Made by a program: the position numbers and the translations under genes
In this document: in pieces, positions 26,932 to 41,498 of the stretch
How positions within the stretch are numbered: position 1 is the stretch's first letter
Layout: each line of letters starts with the position of its first letter
Source: Eledone cirrhosa
Lineage: Eukaryota
Length of the DNA stretch: 64,000 nt
NCBI GenBank assembly: GCA_964016885.1
Contig: OZ024740.1
Span: 216,752,001-216,816,000 of the forward strand
Direction: 5' to 3'
Notes under the pieces: model-generated
What the model was told of the DNA's origin: nothing
The model's database searches: none
Seen by the model: only the letters and a program-made list of their open reading frames with translations

Positions 26932-27400
26932 AATCATCATCATCATTCAGTAGTCTAATTTTTATTGCATGTTTTCCCTGCATTATGAAGTGCAGCTATG
27001 TGCACCTTATGTTTTCACAATGGGCCTTATATTTTCTATTCTACTGCAGCTACTCTACATAATGTGTACAGTGCCTAGTGGTGGTCATTTATCTATATTA
27101 TGTCTTATGTGTAAGTCCTTGGATTGTTTTATGTAATATCTTTACTGTCTCTACTAATGTTATTTACAAATATGCTAGACATATTTCATAGTTCTGGGAT
27201 TTTCATTATCTATTTGTCTGCATGACTTCTTAATCCTTCCCATTGTTTTGTAACAGGGATTGTTTCTGATTTCAGTTCACAAAACCTCGTTAATTCTCTG
27301 TAAAGATCTTTATTTAAAATAAAGATGTTAGATATGTTGCCACCCTGTACTCATGTAGTTATGTCATCACCTAAACCCACATGCTTATTTTCTTTAAGGT
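26932..27400 (-). pseudogene. Ancient R4/Dong-like (RLE-type) non-LTR retrotransposon 3' fragment
   Basis: Minus strand reads NKDLYRELTRFCELKSETIPV.. then ADK*IMKIPEL, resembling the RLE C-terminal K.KDL..EI.RMW.LKT.TIP..GALG..KIPG motif; (TGA)n tail. Confidence 0.5.
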
Positions 27401-29120
27401 ACTATTGACTTGGCCAGTTTTCTTACTCTAGCTGTTCACTTCTCAAAACAGTTTTGAGAAGCCAGTAGTATCAGTGAAACTTTGAAGTAAGAAGTCTTTA
27501 TTGACCCCCAAGAAGGATAAATCCAAATTGTGAGTGCCGGATCAAAAGCAAAGTTGATCTTGGCAGGATTTGATCTCAGAGCACAAAGATCCAGAACAAG
27601 CACTGATGCTCTAATAACTATGCCAGTTTGCCATCTATATAACAATAATGAATTAAAGTTTATGATTTAAAACAGGAAAAAAAAGTCAGACAATTTTTAT
27701 ATCTTGTCGGAATAATTGACTGAAAATTGCAAATCACTTAATATTTTTATTTTACTGTTAGGTGCAAATTATGAGCTTTTCAATACTGAAGCAATTATCT
27801 TCCACTTGCATTTTAGATTTTTTTTCTTTGTCTTTTCCTCAACTTGTAGGTTGATATGATTAGTATTGAAATTTCAACAATCTCCACTGAAACATTCTTC
27901 TCCACTTTTTAGATTCTCTCAGAAATATTTTTTGAAAAAAAAACAAAAAAAAATACATTTAGAAGCGAATGCAAAAATCATAAAGTTTATAGATATTATA
28001 AAGTTACTGTAATATTATATATATATATATATATGTACAGTGGACTCTTTGCCAAAGGATCTAATTACTCCATACACTATACTCAATACCAAAATCTTAA
28101 TCATTTTAAAAATTACTATTACACAAATTATCAATAAAATTAACTGCATTTTTAAATGAAATTTTACAGGAATACATTTATGAATGTTAAGATTATGATT
28201 ATGCTGATGAAATTAAAAACAATTTCCCTCAATTCATAGTTGTGGAAATAATAGAAAAATCTGCAACATTATCCTGATTACTGTCTCAACTATTGCTATC
28301 ATCATCATCATCATCATCATCATCATTTAATACCTGTTTTTCCATACTGGTCTGGGTTGGGCAGGTTATCTCAGACCAAGTCAATACTTAGTTGAAGCTA
28401 CTGTCCATCCATTTGAGCAGCCAGGGTCCACCTTTTACTTATACATGTTCTGGTTTTAGCAAGGTTTCTATAGCTAGATGCCTTTCTTATCACCAACCAC
28501 TTTAGAGAGTGTACTGTAGGTGTTTTAGTGTGGCATTGGCACCAGAAAGTCTGTGATGTTTTGGATACAATTGAAGATACTTCTCAACTTTTTGTTTGGC
28601 AGGGTTTCTAAGGGCCCTTCTTCATATTATTTCCTTAAATTTCTGCAATGAGCCATTTCTTCATATTCTCCTGACTTGGACAAAAACCAAACATTGAAAT
28701 ACCATTTTCTCAGGTTACAGAAATTAGTTCCATGTTTAAGATGTCAAACTCACACCAAGTTTGTTTTTCATCCACAATATTCCATTGTCATACAGACAGT
28801 ATTCTTAATAGATCAATGATAGCAATTACTTTTTCTGTGAAGAATTTTCTCAGTTCAGTTGTAAGCAAAAATAGACATTTGATGAATTTCTTTCTGTTAA
28901 GGTGAAAATTGTTGCATCAAGACAGTGTTCAGTTGAATGGCTTTCCATAATATATATATATATATATTATATATATATATATTTTTTATTACATGCTGTT
29001 TTTAAATTTAGAGAATGTATTGCTCAAATAAGAAAGCTTTTGTTTTATTATCAAATTTTAAACTAGTCTAACAGGAGTTTACTTTTCTTACCTATAAATT
29101 AACATTCTCTTTGAGTGTTA

Positions 29121-29163
<43 letters not shown>

Positions 29164-30429
29164 GTATATATAAAATGAAAAATAAATGTATGTATATATA
29201 TATGTGTAATATATGACTGACTATTTCTATCTCTTTGTGTGTGTATATATATACACACACACAGATAGAAATAGTCAGTCATATATTGTGTGTGTGTGTG
29301 TGTATATATAATACACATATACACACAGATATAGTGTAAGTGCAGTAGTTGCATGTAATGGATTTGGTGCCATTAGTGCGTTGCACAAATATTTTGATTA
29401 AGATGGGTGACAGTAAATATCTGTTGTAAGTAATGCCAAGCCATTGACAGTGGTTAAATATTTGTTGGAAGTCTTTGATAAAAGTGCTTTTTGCATAGAG
29501 TCACTGAACAAACAATACTGAAGCCATTCTTGCTCTATCAACCCAATAAAACAACTTTTGTTGCTAAAAACAAAACGAAAAGTATGTATTTTAGTCTGTG
29601 AACAGACAAGCTGAAGTTGTTAGAAAGCAGTTTTTATTATATGTTACATACTATAAACATATTTGTAAGTTATTTGTTAAAACAATAAACATTATCTGAT
29701 CCATTCAGTGAGTTGTTCAGCTCTACCCCCCCCCCTCTTTCTATGTCTCTGTCTTATTCTGTCTCTCTCCATGTTTCTCCTCTCTATAACAACTTAGAGA
29801 AGAAGAATACACAATGATGGTTTACTTTATATTAATGGATGACAGTTCCACAACATTGAGGACCAAATAACGTTTTCACATAAGATCCATCAAAATGAAT
29901 ATCTTTAAAAAAAATAATGCTCCCCCACCCTCACTTCCTTTCTCTCTCGCTCACTCTTTCTCTCTTTCCTTTGTGTTGAGGTGAGAAATTTGTGTTAAAT
30001 GTTATTGAATATAATACAAGCACCTTTGTCTACTTGCTGAAGAGATATATACATTATTCTTTTGTTGGTCTCAGCCATAAAACTATGGCCATGCTGGGGC
30101 ACTGTCTTCAGGGGTTTTTTGTCAATCGTAGAGACTTCAGAACTTATTAGTTTCCTACATAATTCAGCATTCTTTTTATTGATTGCCTAAGTTTTTGATT
30201 GAATACTGGCCATGTTTTAACCAGCAATGTTGTATCAAATACATACACACACATATGCACACACGTATACATGTAATGTGCCCCCAATGCTAATTACATG
30301 GGAGGGCTTCTATATACTGTATACACTTGTTCCATTCATATCTTTAGTTTTCATGATCAACATAGGAAATAGTTGAGATGTATTTATCATAAAGTAATAC
30401 TCTTTCTCTCTCTCTCTCTCTCTCATTGA

Positions 30430-30698
30430 CTGGTACGCTAGTATCATTGTATACGTTTGCAGGAGTAAAGACACCACACTCTTGAGAGGGTAACTACAGA
30501 AGCATCAATTTGATGGTCCAGGTCAGGAAAGTTACTGAAAGTGTCATAGCACAACTAATTAGGCACAGAATTAAGTTAGATGAGGTGCCGTTTATATTTA
30601 TACCAGAAAGGAGTACTACAGATGCTCTCTTCTTTGTGAGACAACTACAGTAGTAGTACTTAATTCAGAGAAAGTCTCTGTACTTGGCCTTTGTGGAT
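30430..30698 (+). pseudogene. Decayed RTE reverse-transcriptase fragment
   Basis: NYRSINLMVQVRKVTESVIAQLIRHRIKLDEV..STTDALFFVRQLQ**YL..LYLAFVD aligns by eye with the 59596-61086 ORF. Confidence 0.8.
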
Positions 30699-33134
30699 AG
30701 TATACAGTTATTAATAAGAAGAGTTAAAATTAATATATGCAAGATTTCACAGCTCTAACATCAATCCTTCATAGTGAGCCTATCAATTTTTCAGTCAACA
30801 ATCATATGTTAGGTTTGAACATGTCCTCTATTGACTATACCATCTTGTACTGACATTTTTGAGAGGTAACAAGCAACAATAATTTCATGACTAGATACTT
30901 GATGGTAAATCTAGTTGTCACATTATTGACAACAATGTGATTAGCTTCAACATGGACTATTTTGATTGTATTGAAGTCTACAAACAGTAATTACTGGGAA
31001 CATGTCTTTGTTTTTACTTAAGATCTACCCTGTTTTTATTTTTGTAATTCACAAATGGAATAAAAAAAAGAAATGTTTTCTGAAATCTCAAAGATTAGTC
31101 CACCTTCGTTAGGAGTGGTAGTAATGACTTTTGATATTGCTAATTGTTTTTTACAGAAATCTGTCTGTGACATCCTTTGTTGAGGGGTACACACCTTGAC
31201 AATGTACAGGTATGAATGTTTGTGTTTGTGAAGTTGCTTTAGAAAAAATAGATAAATGAACAAATATGTGTGGTAGCGTGTGTATGTGTGTGAGCATGTA
31301 TGTGTTCATGTGTGTTTGTGCTTGGTTTCTATCAGCATTTTATCATGAACAGCAACTAATGTTAAAATGTAGTGTTAGTTGTTTAAATAGTAACATTTCC
31401 AGATTGGAAGTTAAATTGTACTAACTCATGATTCTTTAGTGAAGTACAAACAATTCTAATATCTTACTAATTTTAAACCTGCTACTAAGAAAGAAAGAGC
31501 TAAATGAAAATGTGAGTGGATAAAGTGTTTGAATGATGAGCCAAAAGTCATGAGTTCAAATCTTGTTAAACATTTTTTTCTCCTTTTTGCTCCCTACTAG
31601 CAAAAAAAACCTAGGCAGAAATCAAAATAAAGGGGCTCTTTCAGGTGTTTTTGCTGAAAATGGCCATCTAAATATTATTACCTGTCTATTCCAATAATTT
31701 ACACAGAAATCAATAAGGAGAAGCAGGAAATTCTTTCTTAGTTTACACTATTCCATTGAAAATAGGAGAGGCCACATTATGAAATGTACTCTGAGAGACA
31801 TTGTGCTTGGTAAAAATAAAAGAAGTGTTCAGATGATGTCATTTGATTATAAATCTGTTTGGTCAGAGCTGAGCTAAGACTGAACAGCAATAATTATTTG
31901 TACAATACAAGATAAACTGTTGTAGTTTGCTTGAAGCATTCTATATAATATATAATGTGGAAAGTGATATATGTACGAAGGCTAAACAATACGAAATGGA
32001 CAGTAAGATGCAAGCAATGAAAAAGTTTAGTTACCTGATAATCTTTGTTTGTTTTTTTTTTTTTGTTTCTTTCTTCCTAATATTTCGAGACTTAAAATTC
32101 CCTTCTTCAGAGTTTAAGGAACTCTCAGAGAAAGAAAAATGATCCAGTCTCTTCTCTTTGAAATTAGATTTAAATCTGAAGATATTCTTTTTTTTAATGT
32201 TTGAACCTTGTATGAAAAAATATTAATAAGATATGCAGAATCCTACTCAGAAACGTGTGTATGTGTATGTGGAAACAGATTTGCATTATTATTATTATTA
32301 TTATTATTGTTAATTATATCTAAAGATAATCACTTGAGTTCACCAGTTATTGTTATTGCCATTTTTAACATTATTGTAAATAATCATATTTTTGTTGCTG
32401 TTGTCTTTTTATCCTCTCTCATTTAATTTCATTTCTGATTTTTAACTTCATTTTTCTATTATTTAATGGCTCACCTCTGTGAATATCTAATAAAGTGTAT
32501 TTGTTATATATTGAACATGAGAAATGATTAATTTAAGTGGAAGAAGACTTGTTAAAAGAACCCAATGTGTCTTTTGCTGCTATTTTAGGATGATAATTAA
32601 CCTCTCAACAACTACATAACTCTATTAGTTATTCCACAATCTCCAATCTTTGACGTCGCTAGCTATTTCCTCTGTTTCCTCTTGAGGTAATTGCTGAAAA
32701 TTAATTATTGATATCAAATGTTGCTGCTGCTGTTGTTGTTGTTATTTATTTCTATCAAAGTTTTTCACTATATATCTTGATCTAAAGACATAACATTGTT
32801 TCTATTTTTGTAATGAAATAAATTAATGTTGTGCTGGAATTTCTTTTGCATACATAATACAGGTGTCGTTGTTTTAAATTGTGCTTTTGAAATGGGAAAG
32901 GTATCCAAATTTGGCTCTATCTCTTAAGTGTAGAATTGATATGCTGACTTTAATAATGTATTTTATGATTTATCATGAGTTGTTTCTAAATTTGTGAGAA
33001 ATGAAATTTATTCAACTGCACCACCATTTCAACATATATTTCATCTGACTTATTAACTGGTAAGATTGTTTTTAATTAAGTACTAGTTAAAACAAATGAG
33101 GATCTTGATATATATATATATTTAATATAGAGAT

Positions 33135-33185
33135 GACTTCTACAGGACTAGAACTGTTTCATTCAGGAGAAATCATCAGGAAGCC
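33135..33185 (-). ncRNA. Type-I hammerhead ribozyme, family A (intact core)
   Basis: GGCTTC-CTGATGA-tTTCtcctGAAt-GAA-ACAG-ttctagtc-CTGT-A^GAAGTC (G.U wobble in stem I); flanked by (TA)n. Confidence 0.8.
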
Positions 33186-33618
33186 CTATATATATATATA
33201 TAATTGTTGTGGGATGCTTAAAGCATCCGTAAGCAGTAGGCTGTTTGAGCACTCGATACTCTTACAGAGCAGAGTATAATATCACATAAGAAACAGAGAA
33301 TCAGTGTTGCGACGAATAAAATTTTGGAAACTCTGCTTCGTAGAATCGAGGCGTATTTGAGGAACTTGCGATTTCAGAGTCAGGTTCGATCATTGTATCG
33401 ATCATGCCTCGACGATTGTAATATGTCTTATAAATTTTATTCGTTGCAACAATGATTCTCCGTTTCTTATGTATATATATATATATCCAGGGAGTGTATA
33501 TATATCTGCGGGTGAAGAAATATTAGTATCCTGACACTTCTAAGCATGTGCGTTGTATATAAGCACACTATCCATTTTTTTTATTAAGCTGAGAAGTGGA
33601 CAGGATACTAATATTTCT

Positions 33619-33698
33619 TCACCCGCTGATGAACGAGAATATGTTATACCACTTCACAATTAATATTGCGAAACAGTATTATCAAAACTGTCCGGTGA
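33619..33698 (+). ncRNA. Type-I hammerhead ribozyme, family D
   Basis: TCAcCCG-CTGATGA-(37 nt stem II with AATAT/ATATT)-GAA-ACAGT-attatcaaa-ACTGT-C^CGGTGA; upstream inverted repeat 33508-33541/33592-33626. Confidence 0.72.
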
Positions 33699-33868
33699 TT
33701 GGTAGTTACCACATTATGGTTTGTATTTATTTTCTTGATTTATTCTTAAATTAAGTCTGACAAACTCTATTGTCTATAGTTAGTATTCTTTTCACCTTAG
33801 CGAATCTAGTCCCTTACGATTTGAACACATATATGCATATGTCTGTGTTCGTTTTTCTTTTTGTTCAG

Positions 33869-34427
<559 letters not shown>

Positions 34428-34776
34428 TCATCATTTCATCATCATCATTTCATTTTACGTCCGCTTTTTCCCTGCTTGCAAGGGTGAGACGGGAACTGGT
34501 TCTGGCTTGATTTCTACAGCTGGATGCCCTTCCTAACACCAACCTCATTTACAGTGAGTGCTGGGTGCTTTTTTGCCGTGGCACCTCCACGACCACTTTG
34601 CAGTGGAATGATAGGGACCCTAGTCCCTATCACCTCATTTCTACAGCTGAGTAAACTGGAGCAATGTGAAATAAAGTGTCTTGCTCAAGGAAACAACACA
34701 TCACCCGGTCTGAGAATTGAACTCACAACCTTTCGATTGCAAGTCCAATGCTCTAACCACTAAGCCATGTGCCTCC
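34428..34776 (-). mobile_element. SINE family S2, full length
   Basis: Reverse complement of 23002-23338, with an intact ccttgagcaagacactttatttc segment. Confidence 0.9.
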
Positions 34777-34779
34777 ATC

Positions 34780-34911
<132 letters not shown>

Positions 34912-35194
34912 TATATACATATATATATATATATACATATATATATACATATATATATATATATACATATATATATACATATATATATATATATACATAT
35001 ATATATACATATATATATATAAATACATACATATATACATATATATATATAAATACATACATATATACATATATATATATAAATACATACATATATATAT
35101 ATATATAAATACATATATATATATATATATAAATACATATATATATATATATATAAATACATACATATATATATATATATATATACCAACGATT

Positions 35195-35504
35195 TAACCA
35201 AAGAGTGCTTAAAAATACATTGTTTTATTAGCTGACAGTGTTTCATCCATACCCCATGGCAGGAATCATCAGAGCCTATAAACAAGAGTATATCAATAGG
35301 TGCATGCTCCATCAAGCTGCGTCACCAGAACAAGGTTAAAAGACCCCCTTGCTGCTCCTTTAACCTTGTTCTGGTGACGCAGCTTGATGGAGCATGCACC
35401 TATTGATATACTCTTGTTTATAGGCTCTGATGATTCCTGCCATGGAGTATGGATGAAACACTGTTAGCTAATAAAACAATGTATTTCTAACCACTCTTTG
35501 GTTA
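35195..35504. mobile_element. Palindromic element, family E (~145-bp arms)
   Basis: Arms 35195-35340 / 35358-35504 with a ~17-nt loop; a hammerhead in each arm; flanked by (TA)n. Confidence 0.78.
35230..35276 (-). ncRNA. Type-I hammerhead ribozyme, family E
   Basis: GGCT-CTGATGA-tTCC..GGAt-GAA-AC-act-GT-C^AGCT; plus-strand twin at 35423-35469 has GUU. Confidence 0.72.
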
Positions 35505-35617
35505 TTCCTATAACTATAACGGCTCTGAAGTATACTAGTTATCCTACATTGAGCTAAAAACACACTATCAAGGCAATGTATCTGCTTGTCTGGTCATATT
35601 GATATATTTGTCAACAA

Positions 35618-35690
<73 letters not shown>

Positions 35691-35809
35691 CATACATATA
35701 TATATATATATAAATACATACATATATATATATATAAAAATACATATATATATTTCGTTTCTGAATTTGTTTAGCAAGATTCTTTATCTGAAATCGTGTG
35801 TTGAAACCG

Positions 35810-36332
35810 ATATTGTTATACTTTGGGAGGGTCATGTTGCCAATAAGAAACACACGCACCAGATGCTTTCACTTCAATTTATTATAATAAATTTATAAAT
35901 TTATAAATTTCTGGTTGGTTGGTTGGTTCCACAACCAGATAGTTGTTTATATATTGTCATAGTTCTTTCGTCACACTCTGTGACCTCTTCAGTGACTGGG
36001 GATGCTTTTCTTTGTTTTTTGTGCCTCTCCTTTGTTCTGTCCTACGCCATTTTGTTTCTGTGTGTGTGTTGTGAGCACACAACATACACACAGAAACAAA
36101 ATGGCGTAGGACAGAACAAAGGAGAGGCACAAAAAACAAAGAAAAGAATCCCCAGTCACTGAAGAGGTCACAGAGTGTGTGACGAAAGAACTATGACAAT
36201 ATATAAACAACTATCTGGTTGTGGAACCAACCAACCAACCAGAAATTTATAAATTTATAAATCTATTATAAATTGAAGTGAAAGCAACTGGTGCGTGTGT
36301 TTCTTATTGGCAACATGACCCTCCCAAAGTAT

Positions 36333-36340
<8 letters not shown>
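35810..36340. mobile_element. Palindromic element, family F (~260-bp arms)
   Basis: Long inverted repeat centred ~36075 with a few mismatches/indels between arms; embedded in (TA)n. Confidence 0.8.
36155..36197 (+). ncRNA. Type-I hammerhead ribozyme, family F (minimal stem III)
   Basis: GTCA-CTGAAGA-gGTCAC-agagtgt-GTGAC-GAA-AG-aa-CT-A^TGAC; minus-strand twin at 35956-35996. Confidence 0.68.
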
Positions 36341-36387
<47 letters not shown>

Positions 36388-36468
36388 CATACATACATAT
36401 ATATATCTTTATATATATAAATACATACATACATATATACATATATAAATACATACATACATATATAT

Positions 36469-36506
<38 letters not shown>

Positions 36507-36587
36507 ATATATATGTATGTATGTATTTATATATGTATATATGTATGTATGTATTTATATATATAAAGATATATATATGTATGTATG

Positions 36588-36645
<58 letters not shown>

Positions 36646-36726
36646 CATACATACATATATATATCTTTATATATATAAATACATACATACATATATACAT
36701 ATATAAATACATACATACATATATAT

Positions 36727-36870
<144 letters not shown>

Positions 36871-36942
36871 AATACATATATATATATATATAAATACATA
36901 TATATATATATATATATATAAATACATACATATATATATATA

Positions 36943-37011
<69 letters not shown>

Positions 37012-37024
37012 CATACATATATAT

Positions 37025-37071
<47 letters not shown>

Positions 37072-37754
37072 ATGACCAAAATGAGGTTTCACATTGCCTG
37101 ATGGCAAAACAAACCAGAATCATATGAGAAACTTTTGTAACTGAGACTAATCAATAACGACTTATAGCATTGAGTGCTAATACAAGCACCTTCATCAGTA
37201 AAAACACAAATCTACTGAATCACGTTATGTGTGTGTGTATATATATATATATATATGAACAAGAAGTTTAAGTCAACAAGTTAAAATTAACTTTGTTTAT
37301 TCATATTCACAGTAATACATATTTCAGTGATACCATTATTTAACACTTTTGACCTCATCAGGCAGCTAGAACTTAAACATGATGATGGAACAAAGTTTAC
37401 CTCTGTTCCTATGCCATGTCCTGAAGTATGGTGTTCTTTTCTCCAAGAACTGGTGGTACATGATTTAGAAGGAAGGAATTCAAGTATCAGTAGAATTTAC
37501 CTTCCTCCCATTTGTCAGATACTGTCTTAACACTCCAATACCAAGTCTATTGAATTTCTTAGGTCAGTTGTCCTAGAAACATGTCAGTTTGTTAGGGTTG
37601 TTTTCAACAACCAACTATAGTAACTGTATATACCTAGAAAATAGGGGTGTTTTGGTCTAGGTGACCTAGATGACTTTAGTGGCAGTAGTGTTTGCACATT
37701 AGTATTGGGGTTGCTAGTGAAAAATTCAGATATGTAACTAGATATAGGTTCATT

Positions 37755-38012
37755 TGGGAATCATCATCATCATTTTACGTCTGCTTTTCTCTACTTGCAA
37801 GAGTGGGACGGGTTCTATTCAGCACAACATCTCTCCACTTGTCACGGTCTTTCGTCATCTCCTCCGTGAGCTTCAGCAATCTGAGATCAGCTCTCACCAC
37901 CTCCGCTCATGTTTTTCGTGGTCTTCCTCTATTGCATCTTCATTCTACTGGGATTTCTTGGCACTTCTTTACCCAGTGGTCATCCTCCATGCGCATCACA
38001 TGTCCATACCAA
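37755..38012 (-). mobile_element. RTE LINE 3' fragment, subfamily with ORF running into the tail
   Basis: [66 protein letters not shown], then (GAT)n. Confidence 0.85.
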
Positions 38013-38172
38013 AGTATGGACATGTGATGCTTATGAATATTAAGAGTCCTGATAGTAAGAGGTGTTAAACTTATGTATGTGTGTGTGTGTATCCCGGGTT
38101 CAATCTGGGGTAACCGCAGTAAGTAATGTACTCAATGCATAGTAGAGTATATAGAATATTTAATACAGAAAC

Positions 38173-38224
38173 GGCTTCTACAGGACTAGAACTGTTTCAT
38201 TTGAAGGAAATCATCAGGAAAGCC
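38173..38224 (-). ncRNA. Type-I hammerhead ribozyme, family A, within a longer element (~38090-38375)
   Basis: GGCTtTC-CTGATGA-tttccttcaaat-GAA-ACAG-ttctagtc-CTGT-A^GAAGCC; same tail as 12980-13060. Confidence 0.72.
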
Positions 38225-38561
38225 CTGATTAGTACTGAAACTGGACTACTGACCTTCCAGACAGTCTAGGGATCTGTTATCTTGCTTATGCACATTCTAC
38301 CAAGTGTACAGGAGAGGTTGTCATGTCTTCAACACTCCTAAACTTTCCCCCAACCCTTTGTTTGGCAAACAAGTATATATATATATATGACGAGATTTTA
38401 ATATATCTCATATAAAATAATACAGCCGATTATCCACACAATACAATATAGTTAGCACCCCAAACGTTTAATTGGGAATATACTCCGATATTTCCTAATG
38501 TTTGTTGAGTGAGTTGGAAATTGGTCGGAGTATCGCTAATAGCTTTCTCCGTTTATGTAGT

Positions 38562-38615
<54 letters not shown>

Positions 38616-38914
38616 CTTGTTTTTCTTCTTGTCATAGCTATTTTAACTTTTGCAAGTTATCTCTATGGATTGGATGTATATTCATAAATGTCTTAATGGG
38701 TCATTGGTTAGGCATGGAAGGTCTTGTCTTGTTGTTGTTGTTGTTGTTGTTGTTGTGTGTCAAGGTAGATTCAATCATAAGCCAGGCACAACTAATGTTT
38801 ATCTTTTCTAGTCTGTCAACTATATGAAAAAGAAATAAAATGATTCAATGTAAATTTAAATCTGTGTCACACACTTACCTGTTTGCCAGGTGTTCATCAT
38901 TACTCTACTATACT

Positions 38915-39199
38915 CAGGGCCAGATTTAATGAGGCTGCAAAGCAGGCAATAGCCCCCTGCAGGAGGGGACCAGCGATGGTTGTAGCAATTTATTTCTGCT
39001 CCCAGCTGAACTTTTTAATTTTTGAATGTTTAGAATTATTTAATTTAATACCTGTATGTATAACGTTTCAATTCCAATTGACTAACTTTGATATATAAAA
39101 TTAGGAGGTTTGTTATGTAATCTAATTTTTCGTGTCTGAAGCCCCCCCCCCCCCCACCTGAAGTGCCTCGGGCCCCCTCAAGGTCTAATTTCAACTCTG
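38915..39199. mobile_element. hAT-type MITE
   Basis: Termini CAGGGCCAGATTTA / taatttcaactCTG; 8-bp flanks actatact (38907-38914) and attatact (39200-39207) fit a TSD. Confidence 0.7.
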
Positions 39200-40928
39200 A
39201 TTATACTCACACACTGTGAGTATTGTGTGTGTTTTAGTGTATATGCATTAGTCTTGACAGCGACTTCATATTTCGGACAAAAGACCCAGGAAGATGTAAG
39301 TAACTGAGGCCTATACAGTTGTCTTAGTATTATTAATAAAAGATAATGTAGTTAAGACTTAGAATGTTTTTATAAAGAAGCTGTTTGTAACATATACAAA
39401 CATAAAACATCTAGGCATGCATGTATATTCTTTTACACTTTGTGTATTTTATCAACCCTAGGTCTTGTTTCAGTCTAGTACCTATTTTATTGATTTCTAT
39501 TTATTGATATAAACACTTACTACACTTATGGAAAATGTTGGGGTTCAACATGAGTTACAAAACTGTAAACATACCCCCTCCCATGCACATGCATCACACA
39601 TATGCAACAAGCTTCTGGTGTTTACGTTCTGCTTACGAATTGGTACCAAAATACAATCTAGTTCACATGCCTTATTTCCTTTATACTTTTAATACAAATA
39701 CACCAGAAAACAGTTCTATGATACAAAATTGCACATCTTAAAGTGTTCATAAATATATTCTAAAGCTTTCTAACATAATTTTATATAAGAACCTTAAGCA
39801 TAATTTTATATAAGAACCTTAAGCAATGCCCCAAATATCATTTAAAACATTGAGAATTGTCATTCCACTAAATTCTTTCAATTTTAAAATTATTTTCAAA
39901 TTTAATTGAAAAACAATGGCAGGGCATTTCTTTAGAAATATGGTAACAAAGGAGGAAGGGTTAAAGATAAAATGAATATAGGTAAAGAAAATCATCTAAT
40001 CTATTACTCAGTAATTTACATTCAATTCAATGTCCAGTATTTAAGACATGAAGGTGGTGAATTGGCAGAGTTGTTAGAATGTAAGATAAAATGGTTTGCA
40101 GTATTTGTTCCGTCTTTCTGCTGTCTGAATTCAAATCCTGCCATGAACATTCTGCTCCAAACTTTCATTCCCCCACTCCATCTTCTGACATAGATAATAT
40201 GTAATGTGCTTTCTTGAAAATTTAACACAAATGTTAAATACTAAAAGAGTACGATAAGTACTTTTTTTTAAATTTAATGGTTAGTGGTATTCTTAGTGGT
40301 TAGGGTGCTGGGGTCACAATCATCAGACCATGGATTTGCTTCTTGGACCAGGTGATATATTGCATCCTTGAGTAAAACACTTCATTTCTCATTGCTCTAA
40401 TCCACTCAGTTGGAGAAAAAAATAGGTATTAACAGCAGCTAGAAGTTAACTATGCAATGGACTGGCATCCCATCCTGAGCACAATATTGATCTCACAGTC
40501 ATTTAACACTTCAAGGAACTGGAATAACTCTGGGCTAATGAATGAGCCTCTAGACTTGAGAGAGACTTTAACTTTTCAACTTTTATTATTTAGGATTGAC
40601 ACCCCCACACAACAAAGAAGGATAAATTAGTTTACGAGGTTATTGAGAGAGGAGGTGAGTTATGGTGGGTGTGGGCTGTTCTCTCTGTACACAAGTTGGT
40701 TACTGGCACGAGATTGCTATTTTAAATGTTGGTGGTTCTGTCAGTATTATAGACTCTAGTCAGATGTCACCGCTACATGTACCAGGCAGCAGGAAACATG
40801 TTCACCTGAGGCAAGTTTAGAAGCAGGTTTGACCTGTTCTGCTTCATACCCTTGTCTTGCTCTTAATAAAGCAGTTCAATGACAACAACCACACATACAT
40901 ACAAACAATTATATATACACAGAGTTTA

Positions 40929-41023
<95 letters not shown>

Positions 41024-41107
41024 GAGTGTGTTGCATATAGCCTCACTATCATTCATATACAGAGCTTACGACATGCACACACACATAATCATCAACATCA
41101 TTATTAC

Positions 41108-41229
41108 AGACTGAGTTCAAATCCCACCGAGGTTAACTTTGCCTTTCATCCTTACGGGGTCGATAAAATAAAGTACCAGTAATATACTGGGTAATTGCTG
41201 GCCTTGTGCCAAATGCAGAAACAATTATT
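41108..41229 (+). mobile_element. SINE S1, 5'-truncated
   Basis: Box B through tail. Confidence 0.85.
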
Positions 41230-41430
41230 TTACATCCACTTGTCCATAGGTTTTATATATATATATATAAATCATTTAATATTATATATACATATATAAA
41301 GGATTTTTAAACATCTACACCAAACTTCACATTTATCCTTATTGTGCGTGTGTGTGTGTTTGTATATATATATATGCACAGATTTCATTTATGGACTTTA
41401 TCTCTCTCTCTCTCTCTCTTTCAATATATA

Positions 41431-41492
<62 letters not shown>

Positions 41493-41498
41493 ATAACA

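Noticed and set aside
28580-29720. Possible ancient hAT transposase remnant
   Set aside because: Only a vague motif resemblance with many stops; unsupported without a translated search.
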